Sequence record: MZ444140.1
Strand: one strand, 5' to 3'
DNA length: 64,000 nt
Shown here: one piece after another, positions 47,917 to 57,446 of the stretch
How positions within the stretch are numbered: the first letter of the stretch is position 1
How the letters are laid out: each line of letters opens with the position of its first letter
Made by a program: the position numbers and the translations under genes
Notes under the pieces: model-generated
Seen by the model: the letters and a program-made list of their open reading frames with translations, nothing else
What the model was told of the DNA's origin: nothing
Databases searched by the model: none

Positions 47917-48311
47917 TTAGCGATGATCCGTTGTACGAAATGTTGGAGATTTGCAACCAGCCGATTGAACTCTTCCTCGGTCAGCTGATCACGATGAGAT
48001 TCCAGAAGTACTTCTACCTCTGGAATGACGTTGAGTGAGATATCCAATTGGATCTGCGAGATGAATTCTGCGACATCCAATCCGATATCACGCCTGAGCC
48101 GATTCACCAGCTCGCGATGTTGCTCACTGTTACGGTATTCGGTGATCTTATCGATCAGGATGTCCGAGATACTGTTTTCGATCTGTTGTACTTCGGTCGG
48201 GCCTTCCTCTTTGTAAGTTGCCTTTACTGCCAGAATAGCTGCTACTGCGGTAGAGGTAACAGCAACTACAATGAGACCGAGTCCCAGTGCATTTTCTTTA
48301 ATGAAGTTCAT
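47913..48311 (-). CDS. N-terminally membrane-anchored helical protein
   Basis: LGLGLIVVAVTSTAVAAILAV followed by a soluble helical domain. Confidence 0.7.
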   Translation of the reverse strand: MNFIKENALGLGLIVVAVTSTAVAAILAVKATYKEEGPTEVQQIENSISDILIDKITEYRNSEQHRELVNRLRRDIGLDVAEFISQIQLDISLNVIPEVEVLLESHRDQLTEEEFNRLVANLQHFVQRIIAK

Positions 48312-48316
48312 GATTA

Positions 48317-48658
48317 TTACCCTTTCAGAGTAGCATCCGAATTGAAGACATCGGGACTAACCGAGAGACTTCCCAGAAGATCCGGAGCAAGGTAAACGGA
48401 GTTGAGGGTTTCGTATACACCGGTAACAGTATCTACGTTAACCAGACTAGAACTACGCAGGGGTACCCATTCACCGTTAAGGAAGGTTTCGCCGACCAGT
48501 ACACGAACACCATCTACGTCAGTGCGGTTCGGCCATAGATCCTTACCTTCTACTATTTCTACGTTACGAGCATGGTAGACTAGTTTACCATTCATGCGAG
48601 CAACGATATTCGGACGGCGCAAGTCGTCGACTACTTTAATTGCTACGGACTCTTCCAT
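48317..48658 (-). CDS. Hypothetical protein
   Basis: 113 aa; RSSSLVNVD....YETLNSVY motif. Confidence 0.7.
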   Translation of the reverse strand: MEESVAIKVVDDLRRPNIVARMNGKLVYHARNVEIVEGKDLWPNRTDVDGVRVLVGETFLNGEWVPLRSSSLVNVDTVTGVYETLNSVYLAPDLLGSLSVSPDVFNSDATLKG

Positions 48659-48672
48659 TTTTATACCCTTAT

Positions 48673-49023
48673 TTACACTAAATAATTTACAACACGCAGA
48701 TTATCTTCAGAAGAATAGTTCCAAAGAATTTTACCATAGGTAATTCCATCTAACCATATTTCAATATGTTCTTTCTTAAGATCTGGAATACCCTGATTTA
48801 TTTCTTCACCAATAATATCTCTATCGGCAGTAAGGTGATATAATGGTGTGCCGTCGCAATCACGTCCATACCCAAAAACATAAAGACGGGTGCCTGAATG
48901 TACATCTTCTACCAACTCACCAATAGCGATATTATGGTTTTTAGCCAAATTATTCTCACGTACAGTTTTGCCATTTTCTTCAACAAGATCGCAGACGAGG
49001 ATGACTACATTATCTTTAAGCAT
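48673..49023 (-). CDS. Hypothetical protein
   Basis: 116 aa; RDCDGTPLY motif. Confidence 0.7.
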   Translation of the reverse strand: MLKDNVVILVCDLVEENGKTVRENNLAKNHNIAIGELVEDVHSGTRLYVFGYGRDCDGTPLYHLTADRDIIGEEINQGIPDLKKEHIEIWLDGITYGKILWNYSSEDNLRVVNYLV

Positions 49024-49049
49024 AATTATTCTCCATTTAATAGCGGTGA

Positions 49050-49205
49050 TTATTTGGTAACGAGAATTTCAACGCCATTAGGGGCGATGCGATGACCCAG
49101 TACAACTTCTTCTTGAGCAGTAGTCTTAGAACCATTGTCATAGTTGGCATTGATGAACAGACCACCGAATACCATACCAACGACAACCAGGGCAATTGCT
49201 TTCAT
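49050..49205 (-). CDS. Unlisted small membrane/secreted protein (51 aa, MKAIALVVVGMVFGGLFINA...)
   Basis: Hand translation; AAGGA RBS. Confidence 0.65.
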   Translation of the reverse strand: MKAIALVVVGMVFGGLFINANYDNGSKTTAQEEVVLGHRIAPNGVEILVTK

Positions 49206-49258
49206 GATGATTTCCTTTGATTAGACTGCTTCGAGGTTATTGAGATAAGCTATCGGTA

Positions 49259-49519
49259 TTACATATCGTGCAGATAGGTCTCATCAACGATGGCACGGGC
49301 CAGCTCAATGAGGCTATCTTCATCAACAACAATGTTACCATCTTTCCAAGTAGCACTATGGGACAACCAGTTACGGTAATCTTGACCTCGTACAGGATTG
49401 ATGCATACCTGACGAGTAGCTGCATCACGGTCACCACGGAAACCCATGATAGCACGTGCACGGCGGATTGCTTCTTTCTCCAAGTCTTCGTCAGATTTGA
49501 AAGTCAGGAAAGTTGCCAT
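49259..49519 (-). CDS. Early hypothetical protein
   Basis: 86 aa directly behind an early promoter. Confidence 0.7.
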   Translation of the reverse strand: MATFLTFKSDEDLEKEAIRRARAIMGFRGDRDAATRQVCINPVRGQDYRNWLSHSATWKDGNIVVDEDSLIELARAIVDETYLHDM

Positions 49520-49560
49520 GGTTTGATTCCTTTTTACTAATTTAATAGGTTTAATTACAC

Positions 49561-49592
49561 TTTTGTAATATACTGTTTAAATAGGTTTGAAT
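49561..49592 (-). promoter_or_regulatory. Early (virion RNAP) promoter
   Basis: TTCAAACCTATTTAAACAGTATATTACAAAA; contains the published TTTAA and TATATTAC elements. Confidence 0.8.
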
Positions 49593-49599
49593 GTATTTT

Positions 49600-49944
49600 T
49601 TATTTCCATATCCGACAATAGTCATCTACATGTCGAGTGATTTCAGCAACAGCACGTAGTCGCCTACGACCTGTCAATTTAGAACAATGTTTATTAATTA
49701 GTGAATCAACAGCCTTGCGCAGTTTAACACAACGTTCTTCATTGGGTATATCTTGTTCGATAAACGTGCTGGTTAGTTTTTGAATCTCTACATGTATTTT
49801 TTTACATGCATCTGTAGCAGCTCTTTCTTCACTTAACTTGTCATATGCCTCTACTAATTTAATTATAGCAGTGGTAACAGTGGTGGCGGTTACAAGAATT
49901 TGAATACCATTGATAAAGTTCTTATTAAACATTATAAACTCCAA
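49600..49944 (-). CDS. Hypothetical protein with an N-terminal amphipathic/hydrophobic helix
   Basis: 114 aa with GGAG RBS. Confidence 0.6.
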   Translation of the reverse strand: MEFIMFNKNFINGIQILVTATTVTTAIIKLVEAYDKLSEERAATDACKKIHVEIQKLTSTFIEQDIPNEERCVKLRKAVDSLINKHCSKLTGRRRLRAVAEITRHVDDYCRIWK

Positions 49945-50011
49945 TTACTATATTAAAAAAAATATGTGCGTATTAATAATAAAGCCCTCCCCGAAGGGAG
50001 GGTGTATTTCA

Positions 50012-50221
50012 TTAGGCGGAACCATACATTCTTTCAAAGTTGTTTACATCACAACCTGAGTAGTGTGTTGCTGAACCACCTGAGTTATTATCTATAATCT
50101 TGACTATCACCTCATCAGATTCGACATAAACGTGCATCGTATCACGAATGGAACAAACATGATCGCCCCGAGAACGTATAAATGCAGATACAGCTTCACT
50201 ACTAATCTTTTGCTCAGTCAT
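50012..50221 (-). CDS. Small hypothetical protein
   Basis: 69 aa. Confidence 0.6.
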   Translation of the reverse strand: MTEQKISSEAVSAFIRSRGDHVCSIRDTMHVYVESDEVIVKIIDNNSGGSATHYSGCDVNNFERMYGSA

Positions 50222-50223
50222 TA

Positions 50224-50481
50224 TTATTTACTCGATTTATTCCAGTTAAAATTATCTTTTGCATTTTTAGTGAAGAACCCGTCACCCCAACCAAATGAGT
50301 ATCTAAAGTCCTTGACTACACCAGCATCTGAATCGATAACTTTATATTCGATGACTTTATCGCTATTTTCCAGAATGACTAAGATTGCGATAAGATCTTT
50401 AGGATTACCTACAGTCAGTTCATGTCTTTCAGACTCGTCTCTGTGGATAACTATATACATGGTATTTAATTCTCCATTCAT
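50224..50481 (-). CDS. Small hypothetical protein
   Basis: 85 aa, start overlaps the upstream stop. Confidence 0.6.
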   Translation of the reverse strand: MNGELNTMYIVIHRDESERHELTVGNPKDLIAILVILENSDKVIEYKVIDSDAGVVKDFRYSFGWGDGFFTKNAKDNFNWNKSSK

Positions 50482-50993
50482 TCCCAGCTAGTTACAGGGA
50501 GTTCGAAGGTTTCACACAAGTCGAGTACCTTCCGATGTTCTAGGTTATTTTCAGGATAGAAGGTAATAAGTGTAGTCGGACTACCCCAATTAACACGACA
50601 TCCAGTTTCTTTATGGATTTCACCAAGTGCAACATACGCACCTGCCCCATCTGCATAACCCATTTGATTAGGGTTAATGCAGATTTGAGTAAAGCGCTCC
50701 ACCAATACTCGATTAATAGTGACGGTCAAGAGACGAACGAACTCACGGGTCTTTTCGATATCATCTACCCAGAATTCCAGAAGGATCCATTTCCCATGAG
50801 GGTTATCATGTCCACCCTGGAAGAATACACTGAAACCTTCTTTTGCTTTATAAAACTCGTGATTGGTGATGTTGCATTCAACCATTTGTTTCACTGCATG
50901 CCATACACGCTCGGTGACATAATCACCATAAAGTTCGATGCAGTGACCACGGCCAGGAAATTGTTCTTTTTTAGCAAATTTAATTTCGAACAT
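50478..50993 (-). CDS. Early hypothetical protein
   Basis: 171 aa behind an early promoter. Confidence 0.7.
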   Translation of the reverse strand: MFEIKFAKKEQFPGRGHCIELYGDYVTERVWHAVKQMVECNITNHEFYKAKEGFSVFFQGGHDNPHGKWILLEFWVDDIEKTREFVRLLTVTINRVLVERFTQICINPNQMGYADGAGAYVALGEIHKETGCRVNWGSPTTLITFYPENNLEHRKVLDLCETFELPVTSWE

Positions 50994-51036
50994 GGTATAG
51001 ATTCCTTTTTACATTAATTAAAGGTTTAATATCAAG

Positions 51037-51068
51037 TTTGTAATATACGCTTTAAAATGGTTTGAATG
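51037..51068 (-). promoter_or_regulatory. Early promoter
   Basis: TTCAAACCATTTTAAAGCGTATATTACAAA. Confidence 0.8.
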
Positions 51069-51087
51069 TATTATCAGTAGGGAAGGG

Positions 51088-51492
51088 TTACCCTTTTAAC
51101 TTTTTAATACTATTGGATAAGTACATGACACTACGGAAAATTTTGAATCTTGAAAAGTATTCACGTACTTCTTTTTTAGTCAATACAAGTCTTCCATCTT
51201 TGTTTACATTATCACCAAAGACAATTTCCTGAGTATTTTTCCATAAAGATCTATAAAGATAACATCCGTGTGGTGCATCATACCAATCATAGATCTTAAG
51301 TTCAAATTCAACTTTGTCGACAATATCGTTATCAAATAAAATAATATTTCCTTTACTATTTAATTCCATTAACTCATTTGCACAACTTATTGCAAACTCA
51401 ACCGCTGCCCAGGTCCTACTACCACTGAACATATCTTTATTTAATTTACTTAGATCGATAGCATTATAAGTTGTTTTCTTAGGTTTCTTCAT
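51088..51492 (-). CDS. Early hypothetical protein
   Basis: 134 aa behind an early promoter. Confidence 0.7.
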   Translation of the reverse strand: MKKPKKTTYNAIDLSKLNKDMFSGSRTWAAVEFAISCANELMELNSKGNIILFDNDIVDKVEFELKIYDWYDAPHGCYLYRSLWKNTQEIVFGDNVNKDGRLVLTKKEVREYFSRFKIFRSVMYLSNSIKKLKG

Positions 51493-51540
51493 GGACTGTA
51501 CTCTCCAATAATAAATAGAATAATCTATATTTAATTACAC

Positions 51541-51572
51541 TTTTGTAATATACCCTTTAAATAGGTTTGAAT
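51541..51572 (-). promoter_or_regulatory. Early promoter
   Basis: TTCAAACCTATTTAAAGGGTATATTACAAAA. Confidence 0.8.
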
Positions 51573-51609
51573 ACATGACATAAAGCCTTCCCATTAGGGA
51601 AGGCTATTA

Positions 51610-52134
51610 TTATGTTTTAATCCAACGTGTATATTTACACAAATCTGTTTCTTTAATAATGGTTGATTTCCATTTATCCCATTTAATGATTTCTTTAGGG
51701 AAATAAACACAACTACTATTATCGATTTCCATCTTGACAGTAGTAATGTACATTTCGTCTAAAATATCCTTTTTAATGGCTTCTTTATAAAGTTGAGAAC
51801 CACCAATGGCCCATACATCCTTTTTAGTTTCTTTACTAAAATGATCAGCATATACAAGAGCCGCATCTAGATTAGGGAGTACACCTAATTTATTATCACA
51901 GGATACTGGGTAATTACCGTTACGATATAAACTTGATGATACAACAATGTTATTACGATTAGGTAACGGTTTACTACCTAAGGATAAGAAAGTATTTTTA
52001 CCCATGATAACACAGCAACCAGTTGTCATTTCTTTAAAGAAAGCTAAATCCTCAGGTATATGCCAAGGTAATAGATTATTATACCCGATGACACCATTTA
52101 GGTCATGGGCAACGATTAATTTAATAGCCATCAA
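51610..52134 (-). CDS. folA: Dihydrofolate reductase
   Basis: IVAHDLNGVIG...LPWHIPEDL.FFK.MT, VIMGKNT, PLPNRNNIV, AIGGSQLY. Confidence 0.95.
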   Translation of the reverse strand: MMAIKLIVAHDLNGVIGYNNLLPWHIPEDLAFFKEMTTGCCVIMGKNTFLSLGSKPLPNRNNIVVSSSLYRNGNYPVSCDNKLGVLPNLDAALVYADHFSKETKKDVWAIGGSQLYKEAIKKDILDEMYITTVKMEIDNSSCVYFPKEIIKWDKWKSTIIKETDLCKYTRWIKT

Positions 52135-52637
52135 TTTTCCTTAGGCCAGAATTTACAAGATACTTCATTATCTTTAAATTCAATAGCCCAACTACAGCAA
52201 GTGAAATTAGTTTTAAACTTAAATGTAGACGCTAATAGGTAATTAATTTGAGCCATTTGTAGTAGCGTTAATTCACCATACACTTTCTCATCAATTAATA
52301 CACCAGGTCTTTTATGTTTAATAACCAATTCATTAAGCTTGATATCTTGTTCAATATAAAGGTATTCCACTTCGCCTTTTTCTAGTATAGGCATGTCCCA
52401 AAGAATCAGACTAATCTGTTGTGTGAATTCCTCAATACTAGTTGTAATATCTAGTCCTTCATAACCTATCAATAGATTTATAAGTACTTGTAGACTAATC
52501 AGATTAACAGGTAAGTCTTTTAAATCGTCTTCTTTAATAGTTGTTCTAAAATAAACAGTGCCATCTAAGTTTTTAACTAATAATCTATTTAATAGATGAT
52601 TGACTTCTGATTTAATCTGATAATCCAGTTTGATCAT
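52131..52637 (-). CDS. Hypothetical protein (gp3 position)
   Basis: 168 aa. Confidence 0.65.
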   Translation of the reverse strand: MIKLDYQIKSEVNHLLNRLLVKNLDGTVYFRTTIKEDDLKDLPVNLISLQVLINLLIGYEGLDITTSIEEFTQQISLILWDMPILEKGEVEYLYIEQDIKLNELVIKHKRPGVLIDEKVYGELTLLQMAQINYLLASTFKFKTNFTCCSWAIEFKDNEVSCKFWPKEN

Positions 52638-53196
52638 TAGCTAACTCCTTGAGTCTAGTCATGCCATTACTAACTTCAATAATGTAACTAAAGTCAAAAC
52701 TATATTTCATCATTTTGAATTCTTCTTTAAAGTTAGCGATATTTCCAGACAGAGCAATTTGTTCAAATCGACTAAAATCAGTAATAGTTTCATCGAACAT
52801 TAGTTCTCTTGCGGTAATATCTGGATCATAGTTAGGATGATCAACTACAGTACCTTCGTGGTTTAAAGTACCTTGAAAATTCAAAGTCTTTTTAACATGG
52901 TCTACAGTTATTTTCCAACTAGTTGCAATATACCGAGCTTTAACTAAATTAGGAGCATACCTGTAAATACACCATTGTAATGGAGTGCCAACAGTTTGCG
53001 TATCATGCGTGGCTTTTATAACTTTAATAAAATTCTCAAGTTGATCAAATGTAACATTCCTAGTTACACCATCATTAGTGGTTATATTAAGAGATGGTCG
53101 AAGACCAGTACCAAGATCATTGGTGATGATTATATCCTCAACTAAAGCTTCATATAACTTTAGTCCTTCTTTTCTGGATCCAACATCATTACCCAT
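52612..53196 (-). CDS. Hypothetical protein at the gp2 position; candidate chimallin-interacting ChmB homolog
   Basis: 194 aa; assignment from gene order and recalled literature only. Confidence 0.4.
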   Translation of the reverse strand: MGNDVGSRKEGLKLYEALVEDIIITNDLGTGLRPSLNITTNDGVTRNVTFDQLENFIKVIKATHDTQTVGTPLQWCIYRYAPNLVKARYIATSWKITVDHVKKTLNFQGTLNHEGTVVDHPNYDPDITARELMFDETITDFSRFEQIALSGNIANFKEEFKMMKYSFDFSYIIEVSNGMTRLKELANDQTGLSD

Positions 53197-53549
53197 TGTT
53201 TAGCTTCCTCTTTTGTTACCAGTTGATAAAGTTTATTAAATTCACGTTGACGCATTAATTTGTAATCTAGTATACGCCCATTATTTTTACGAATTAAAAT
53301 AATAAAATCACCCGGACAGACAATTTTATCTTTATCTGGGCCTACACGTAAAATACCATGACTAGATTCAGTTAGATTACATAATGGGCAAATCGCATTA
53401 CTAAGAGTAGACTCTTTAGTAGGTATAGCATAACCAACAATAGCACCTTGGTTGATATTATTGATAACGCCATCACCAGGTATATCACCGTTCTTTTTCC
53501 ATTCGATTGCTTCAATTGGATCGGTGTATTTCGGTAGATAAAAAGACAT
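53160..53549 (-). CDS. Conserved phage protein (gp1 position)
   Basis: IEAIEWKKNGD...CPLC...HG...IVCPGDFI motif seen in many phages. Confidence 0.65.
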   Translation of the reverse strand: MSFYLPKYTDPIEAIEWKKNGDIPGDGVINNINQGAIVGYAIPTKESTLSNAICPLCNLTESSHGILRVGPDKDKIVCPGDFIILIRKNNGRILDYKLMRQREFNKLYQLVTKEEAKQWVMMLDPEKKD

Positions 53550-53893
53550 TCTTAATTAACTCCGATAAATAATAGTAGTATAGTAAAAAGCACTTAGGTA
53601 TATTTCTATTTTAAGCTATATTGTTGATAAAATAAAACCTAAGGGTACATAGTGGGTTATTATTTAAAGCTCTTAAATAGCATGGTAGAACGATATTGGA
53701 CTATATAGCTGTAACCCTTAAGGCACTAAGGCTACAGAGGTTTTTAAGATAAAGATATCCAATGTACCATAATATGCTTTTACAATAGATCAACTAAATT
53801 CATTTAAAATGGGTCGTAAAAATACTTAGTTGATCTAAAGATATGTTGAATACTTTTTCACATGAACTTACGACTCACAATTGGAAATTAACA

Positions 53894-56182
53894 ATGTTAA
53901 AAACTATCATTAAACTAGACGGTACTGAAGAAGCATACTCACCTGCTAAGATTAATGGTTGGGGTGAATGGGCAGCCCAACATCTTGGCGATAAGGTGGA
54001 TTGGAGTAGTGTTGTGATGGATGCTGTTCAAGCTCTTGGTGATAAAACTTCATCACAAGAACTACAATTACAACTTATTGAAGAATGTTTAAATCGTAAG
54101 ACATGGTCTTATTATCTAATGGCTGGTAGACTATATGCGATTTATCTTCGTAAGAAGTTCTATGGTCTAAATGGCATCCCAACTGTTAAAGCGCTTCAAA
54201 CCAGGATGCGTAAAGATGGTATCATTGTTAAATTAGATTATAGTAGTAAAGAATACGCTCAGATTGAAAAGATCATTGATCACGATCTTGACCTACTTTG
54301 TCCGCATTTTTCACTTCATCACATTCGTGGAAAGTATGCTCTACGTAATCGTAAAACTGGTCAAGAATATGAGACTGCCCAGTTTGTATATATGCGAATG
54401 GCAATGGCTCTAGCTGAAAAAGAGCCAGCTGAAACTCGCATGACTCATGTGGAGAATTACTATAAACTACTTTCTAATAAAATTCTTAGTGCGCCAACAC
54501 CTAACTACGTTAACCTAGGTACTAAGCTTCGTGGTTTTGCATCATGTTGCCTATTTGCTTCTGGTGATAATGGTGTATCACTGGCAATGGGCGATTATAT
54601 TGCTAACATCATGACCCAATCATCAGCAGGCATTGGTGTTAACTTAATGACTAGGTCAATTGGTGATCCTATCCGTAATGGCCTAATCATTCACCAAGGT
54701 AAGAAACCATACATCGATGTAATTGGTAAAGCAGTAAGGGCTAACCTACAAAATGGTCGAGGTGGTGCTGTTACGTGTTACTACAGTGCTTTCGATCCTG
54801 AAGCAGATATGATTACTCAGCTACGTAATCCACGTTCTACTGAGGATAGGAAGAACCGTGATCTTCACTATGCATTCCTAAGTAATAAGTTCTTTGCTAA
54901 GAAAGCGGCTCAGAAAGATGGCATGATCTTTGTATTCAATCCATTTACTGCTCCAGATCTACATGATGCTTTCTATAGTGGTGATATTGATAAGTTTATT
55001 AAGCTTTATGAAAAATATGAAGCGGATCCTAAATTTGAGAAAACTTATGTAAATGCTCGGGATCTTCTCAAATCAATGCTAGTTGAAGCATATGAGACTG
55101 GAACCATCTATTCAGCTCAAATTGATGAACTCAATCATCATACACCATTTAAAGAACCTATTTACAGTTCTAACCTATGCCTTGAAATCGCAGAACCCAC
55201 TAAGCCTTACTATCGAATGGAAGATCTTTATTCTAGTGAGGATCACGGGCGCGGTGAGATTGCTACTTGTTCACTGGCTGCTATTGCAGTGGATAACGTT
55301 CCTGATAAGCAAACTTATGAAATGGCGGCTTACTACGCACTTAAGATGATTGACTATTGTATCCTTAATGCAGAGTATGCTTTCCCACACCTTGCACTAA
55401 CCGCTAAGAATCGAATGAGTGCTGGTGTTGGTATCATGGGTCTAGCCACACATATGGCACGTGCTGGCCTTAAATATAGCAGCGATGCTGGTAAAGCTGA
55501 AATCCACTTCATTGCTGAACGGCATATGTACTTCCTTATCAAGGCGTCACTTAAGATTTCTAAAGAACGCGGGAATGCGCCTTGGATTCATAAGACTAAA
55601 TGGCCAGAGGGATGGACTCCACGTAAGACTTATAATAAGTCAGTGGATACTATCATTGAAGGTGGCTTTGAAGAACTTTATCCATGGGATGAGCTAGAGA
55701 AAGAAATTAAGGAGAATGGTGGTATTGCACACTCCGTACTAGCTGCATACATGCCTGGTGAAGCATCATCTAAGGCACTAGGGTCAACTAATGGTCCATA
55801 CCCGGTACGTCGCCTAATTCTTAATAAGACTGATAATGGTGCACGTGTGCTATGGGCTGCTCCATATGGAGATGATGACTCCTATGTGTATGAATCAGCT
55901 TATGATATCCCCACTAAAGATCTTATTGATTGCTATGCCATTATTCAAAAGTGGACTGATCAAACAATCAGTGCGGACCTCTACCGACGCATTGTAGGTT
56001 CTGAAAAGATCTCTTCTAATGAAATGCTAGGTAATCACTTCTACATGGTGAAACGTGGAATGAAAACCCGGTATTATGTAAATCTAGAAACAGCAGCAGG
56101 ACTTGATATTAAATCACTTGAACGTGCTGTTGAGGTAACTAATACTGAAGTTAGGTGTGCAGGCGGTTCGTGCACTCTTTAA
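53894..56182 (+). CDS. nrdA: Ribonucleotide reductase class I alpha subunit
   Basis: APTPN, ASCCL, SNLCLEI, GVGIMG, MPGEASS, C-terminal CAGGSC; start revised to MLKTIIKLDG. Confidence 0.95.
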   Translation: MLKTIIKLDGTEEAYSPAKINGWGEWAAQHLGDKVDWSSVVMDAVQALGDKTSSQELQLQLIEECLNRKTWSYYLMAGRLYAIYLRKKFYGLNGIPTVKALQTRMRKDGIIVKLDYSSKEYAQIEKIIDHDLDLLCPHFSLHHIRGKYALRNRKTGQEYETAQFVYMRMAMALAEKEPAETRMTHVENYYKLLSNKILSAPTPNYVNLGTKLRGFASCCLFASGDNGVSLAMGDYIANIMTQSSAGIGVNLMTRSIGDPIRNGLIIHQGKKPYIDVIGKAVRANLQNGRGGAVTCYYSAFDPEADMITQLRNPRSTEDRKNRDLHYAFLSNKFFAKKAAQKDGMIFVFNPFTAPDLHDAFYSGDIDKFIKLYEKYEADPKFEKTYVNARDLLKSMLVEAYETGTIYSAQIDELNHHTPFKEPIYSSNLCLEIAEPTKPYYRMEDLYSSEDHGRGEIATCSLAAIAVDNVPDKQTYEMAAYYALKMIDYCILNAEYAFPHLALTAKNRMSAGVGIMGLATHMARAGLKYSSDAGKAEIHFIAERHMYFLIKASLKISKERGNAPWIHKTKWPEGWTPRKTYNKSVDTIIEGGFEELYPWDELEKEIKENGGIAHSVLAAYMPGEASSKALGSTNGPYPVRRLILNKTDNGARVLWAAPYGDDDSYVYESAYDIPTKDLIDCYAIIQKWTDQTISADLYRRIVGSEKISSNEMLGNHFYMVKRGMKTRYYVNLETAAGLDIKSLERAVEVTNTEVRCAGGSCTL

Positions 56183-56190
56183 GTGTATAC

Positions 56191-56212
56191 ACCCTCCCTT
56201 AATTGGGAGGGT
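56191..56212 (+). terminator. Stem-loop after nrdA, identical to 57868-57889
   Basis: ACCCTCCCTTAATTGGGAGGGT. Confidence 0.7.
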
Positions 56213-56282
56213 GTTATTCCCAATTTATACTAACCTCTATTATTTATTGTAAGAAATATTTTTAAATTGTAAAGGAACTGAT

Positions 56283-57446
56283 ATGTCTACTAAATCTCAA
56301 CTACCAAAGAAAATCTTCAATGTTGCTAAGAGTGATTATCATCTACCGGAAATTATTCTTGGAGATGATCCAGGTCTACTAGATTCAATCCACACTCATT
56401 ATCCTAAAATGTGGGAGCTATATAAGCGTCTAAAGATGCTTGATTGGGATGAGCTAGAATTTGACTTTTCCACTTGTCTAGTAGAATTTGAAACGTGTGA
56501 TAAATCAACTTATGACATGATGATTAAGACACTGGCCTGGCAATGGGAAGCTGACTCTGTAGCCAGTCGTTCCATTGTTAATATTCTATCACCTGTCATG
56601 ACAGATTCACGAGTATGGGCGGGATATGTACGTATTAATGATAATGAAGACGTACATGCTTTAACTTATTCTGAAATTGTACGTAATAGCTTTAAAGATC
56701 CTAAAGTTATTCTAGACGAAATTCTTAGGGTAGAAGAAGCACAAGAACGAATGGTTGCAGTAGCCCGCACTATGGGTGAAGCACATGACGCAGTTCATGC
56801 GTATGCTCTTAATCAGGTACCCAATGATCAAGAACTTTACAATAAAGTATTCATGTTCTTCATCGCTCTATATTTCCTAGAACGTATCCAGTTCATGGCA
56901 TCCTTTGCAGTAACCTTTGCTATTGGTCGTACTGGTGCATTCCAGCAAATTGCAGCCGCTGTTAAGAAAATTGCCCAAGACGAATTCGAAATCCATGCAC
57001 AATATGGACAAGAAGTTATTCGTGCACTACTGGCAACTGAACGCGGTAAACTCGCTTACAGTCAATGTAAAGATAAAATCATTGAACTACTATGGGAAAT
57101 TGTAAAGACTGAAGTTACCTGGATTAATTATCTATTCTCTGAAGGTCGTGAACTAACTGGTGTTAATGCGACTAAACTTATTAACTGGGTACTTTTCAAT
57201 GCTAATGCCGCAGCAACATTCCTAAGTATTGAAAATGATGTTGTAGAACAGTATCAAGTGGAGTTTAAAGAATCAGCTGGATTTGATTTTGTTTGGCCAG
57301 AGAAGAACCCACTTCTTTATATGGAAGACTACCTAGATATTTCATCAACCCAAGCATCTCCTCAGGAAGAAGAGAAGCCTGATTACATGGTCAACGTTGT
57401 AAATGATGTTGGTGAAGAAGAAGAATTCGAAGTAGATTTCATGTGA
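56283..57446 (+). CDS. nrdB: Ribonucleotide reductase class I beta subunit
   Basis: W.ADS, EDVH..TY, LERIQF.ASF and DEFEIH di-metal ligands. Confidence 0.93.
   Translation: MSTKSQLPKKIFNVAKSDYHLPEIILGDDPGLLDSIHTHYPKMWELYKRLKMLDWDELEFDFSTCLVEFETCDKSTYDMMIKTLAWQWEADSVASRSIVNILSPVMTDSRVWAGYVRINDNEDVHALTYSEIVRNSFKDPKVILDEILRVEEAQERMVAVARTMGEAHDAVHAYALNQVPNDQELYNKVFMFFIALYFLERIQFMASFAVTFAIGRTGAFQQIAAAVKKIAQDEFEIHAQYGQEVIRALLATERGKLAYSQCKDKIIELLWEIVKTEVTWINYLFSEGRELTGVNATKLINWVLFNANAAATFLSIENDVVEQYQVEFKESAGFDFVWPEKNPLLYMEDYLDISSTQASPQEEEKPDYMVNVVNDVGEEEEFEVDFM

Noticed and set aside
53615-53715. NrdR boxes upstream of nrdA
   Set aside because: CTATATAG and CTATATTG cores are two bases short of the NrdR consensus and are not in a tandem arrangement
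53894-57446. Inteins or introns in nrdA/nrdB (also checked the DNA polymerase and terminase)
   Set aside because: Lengths are normal, motifs are contiguous, and no C/S...HN intein ends were seen
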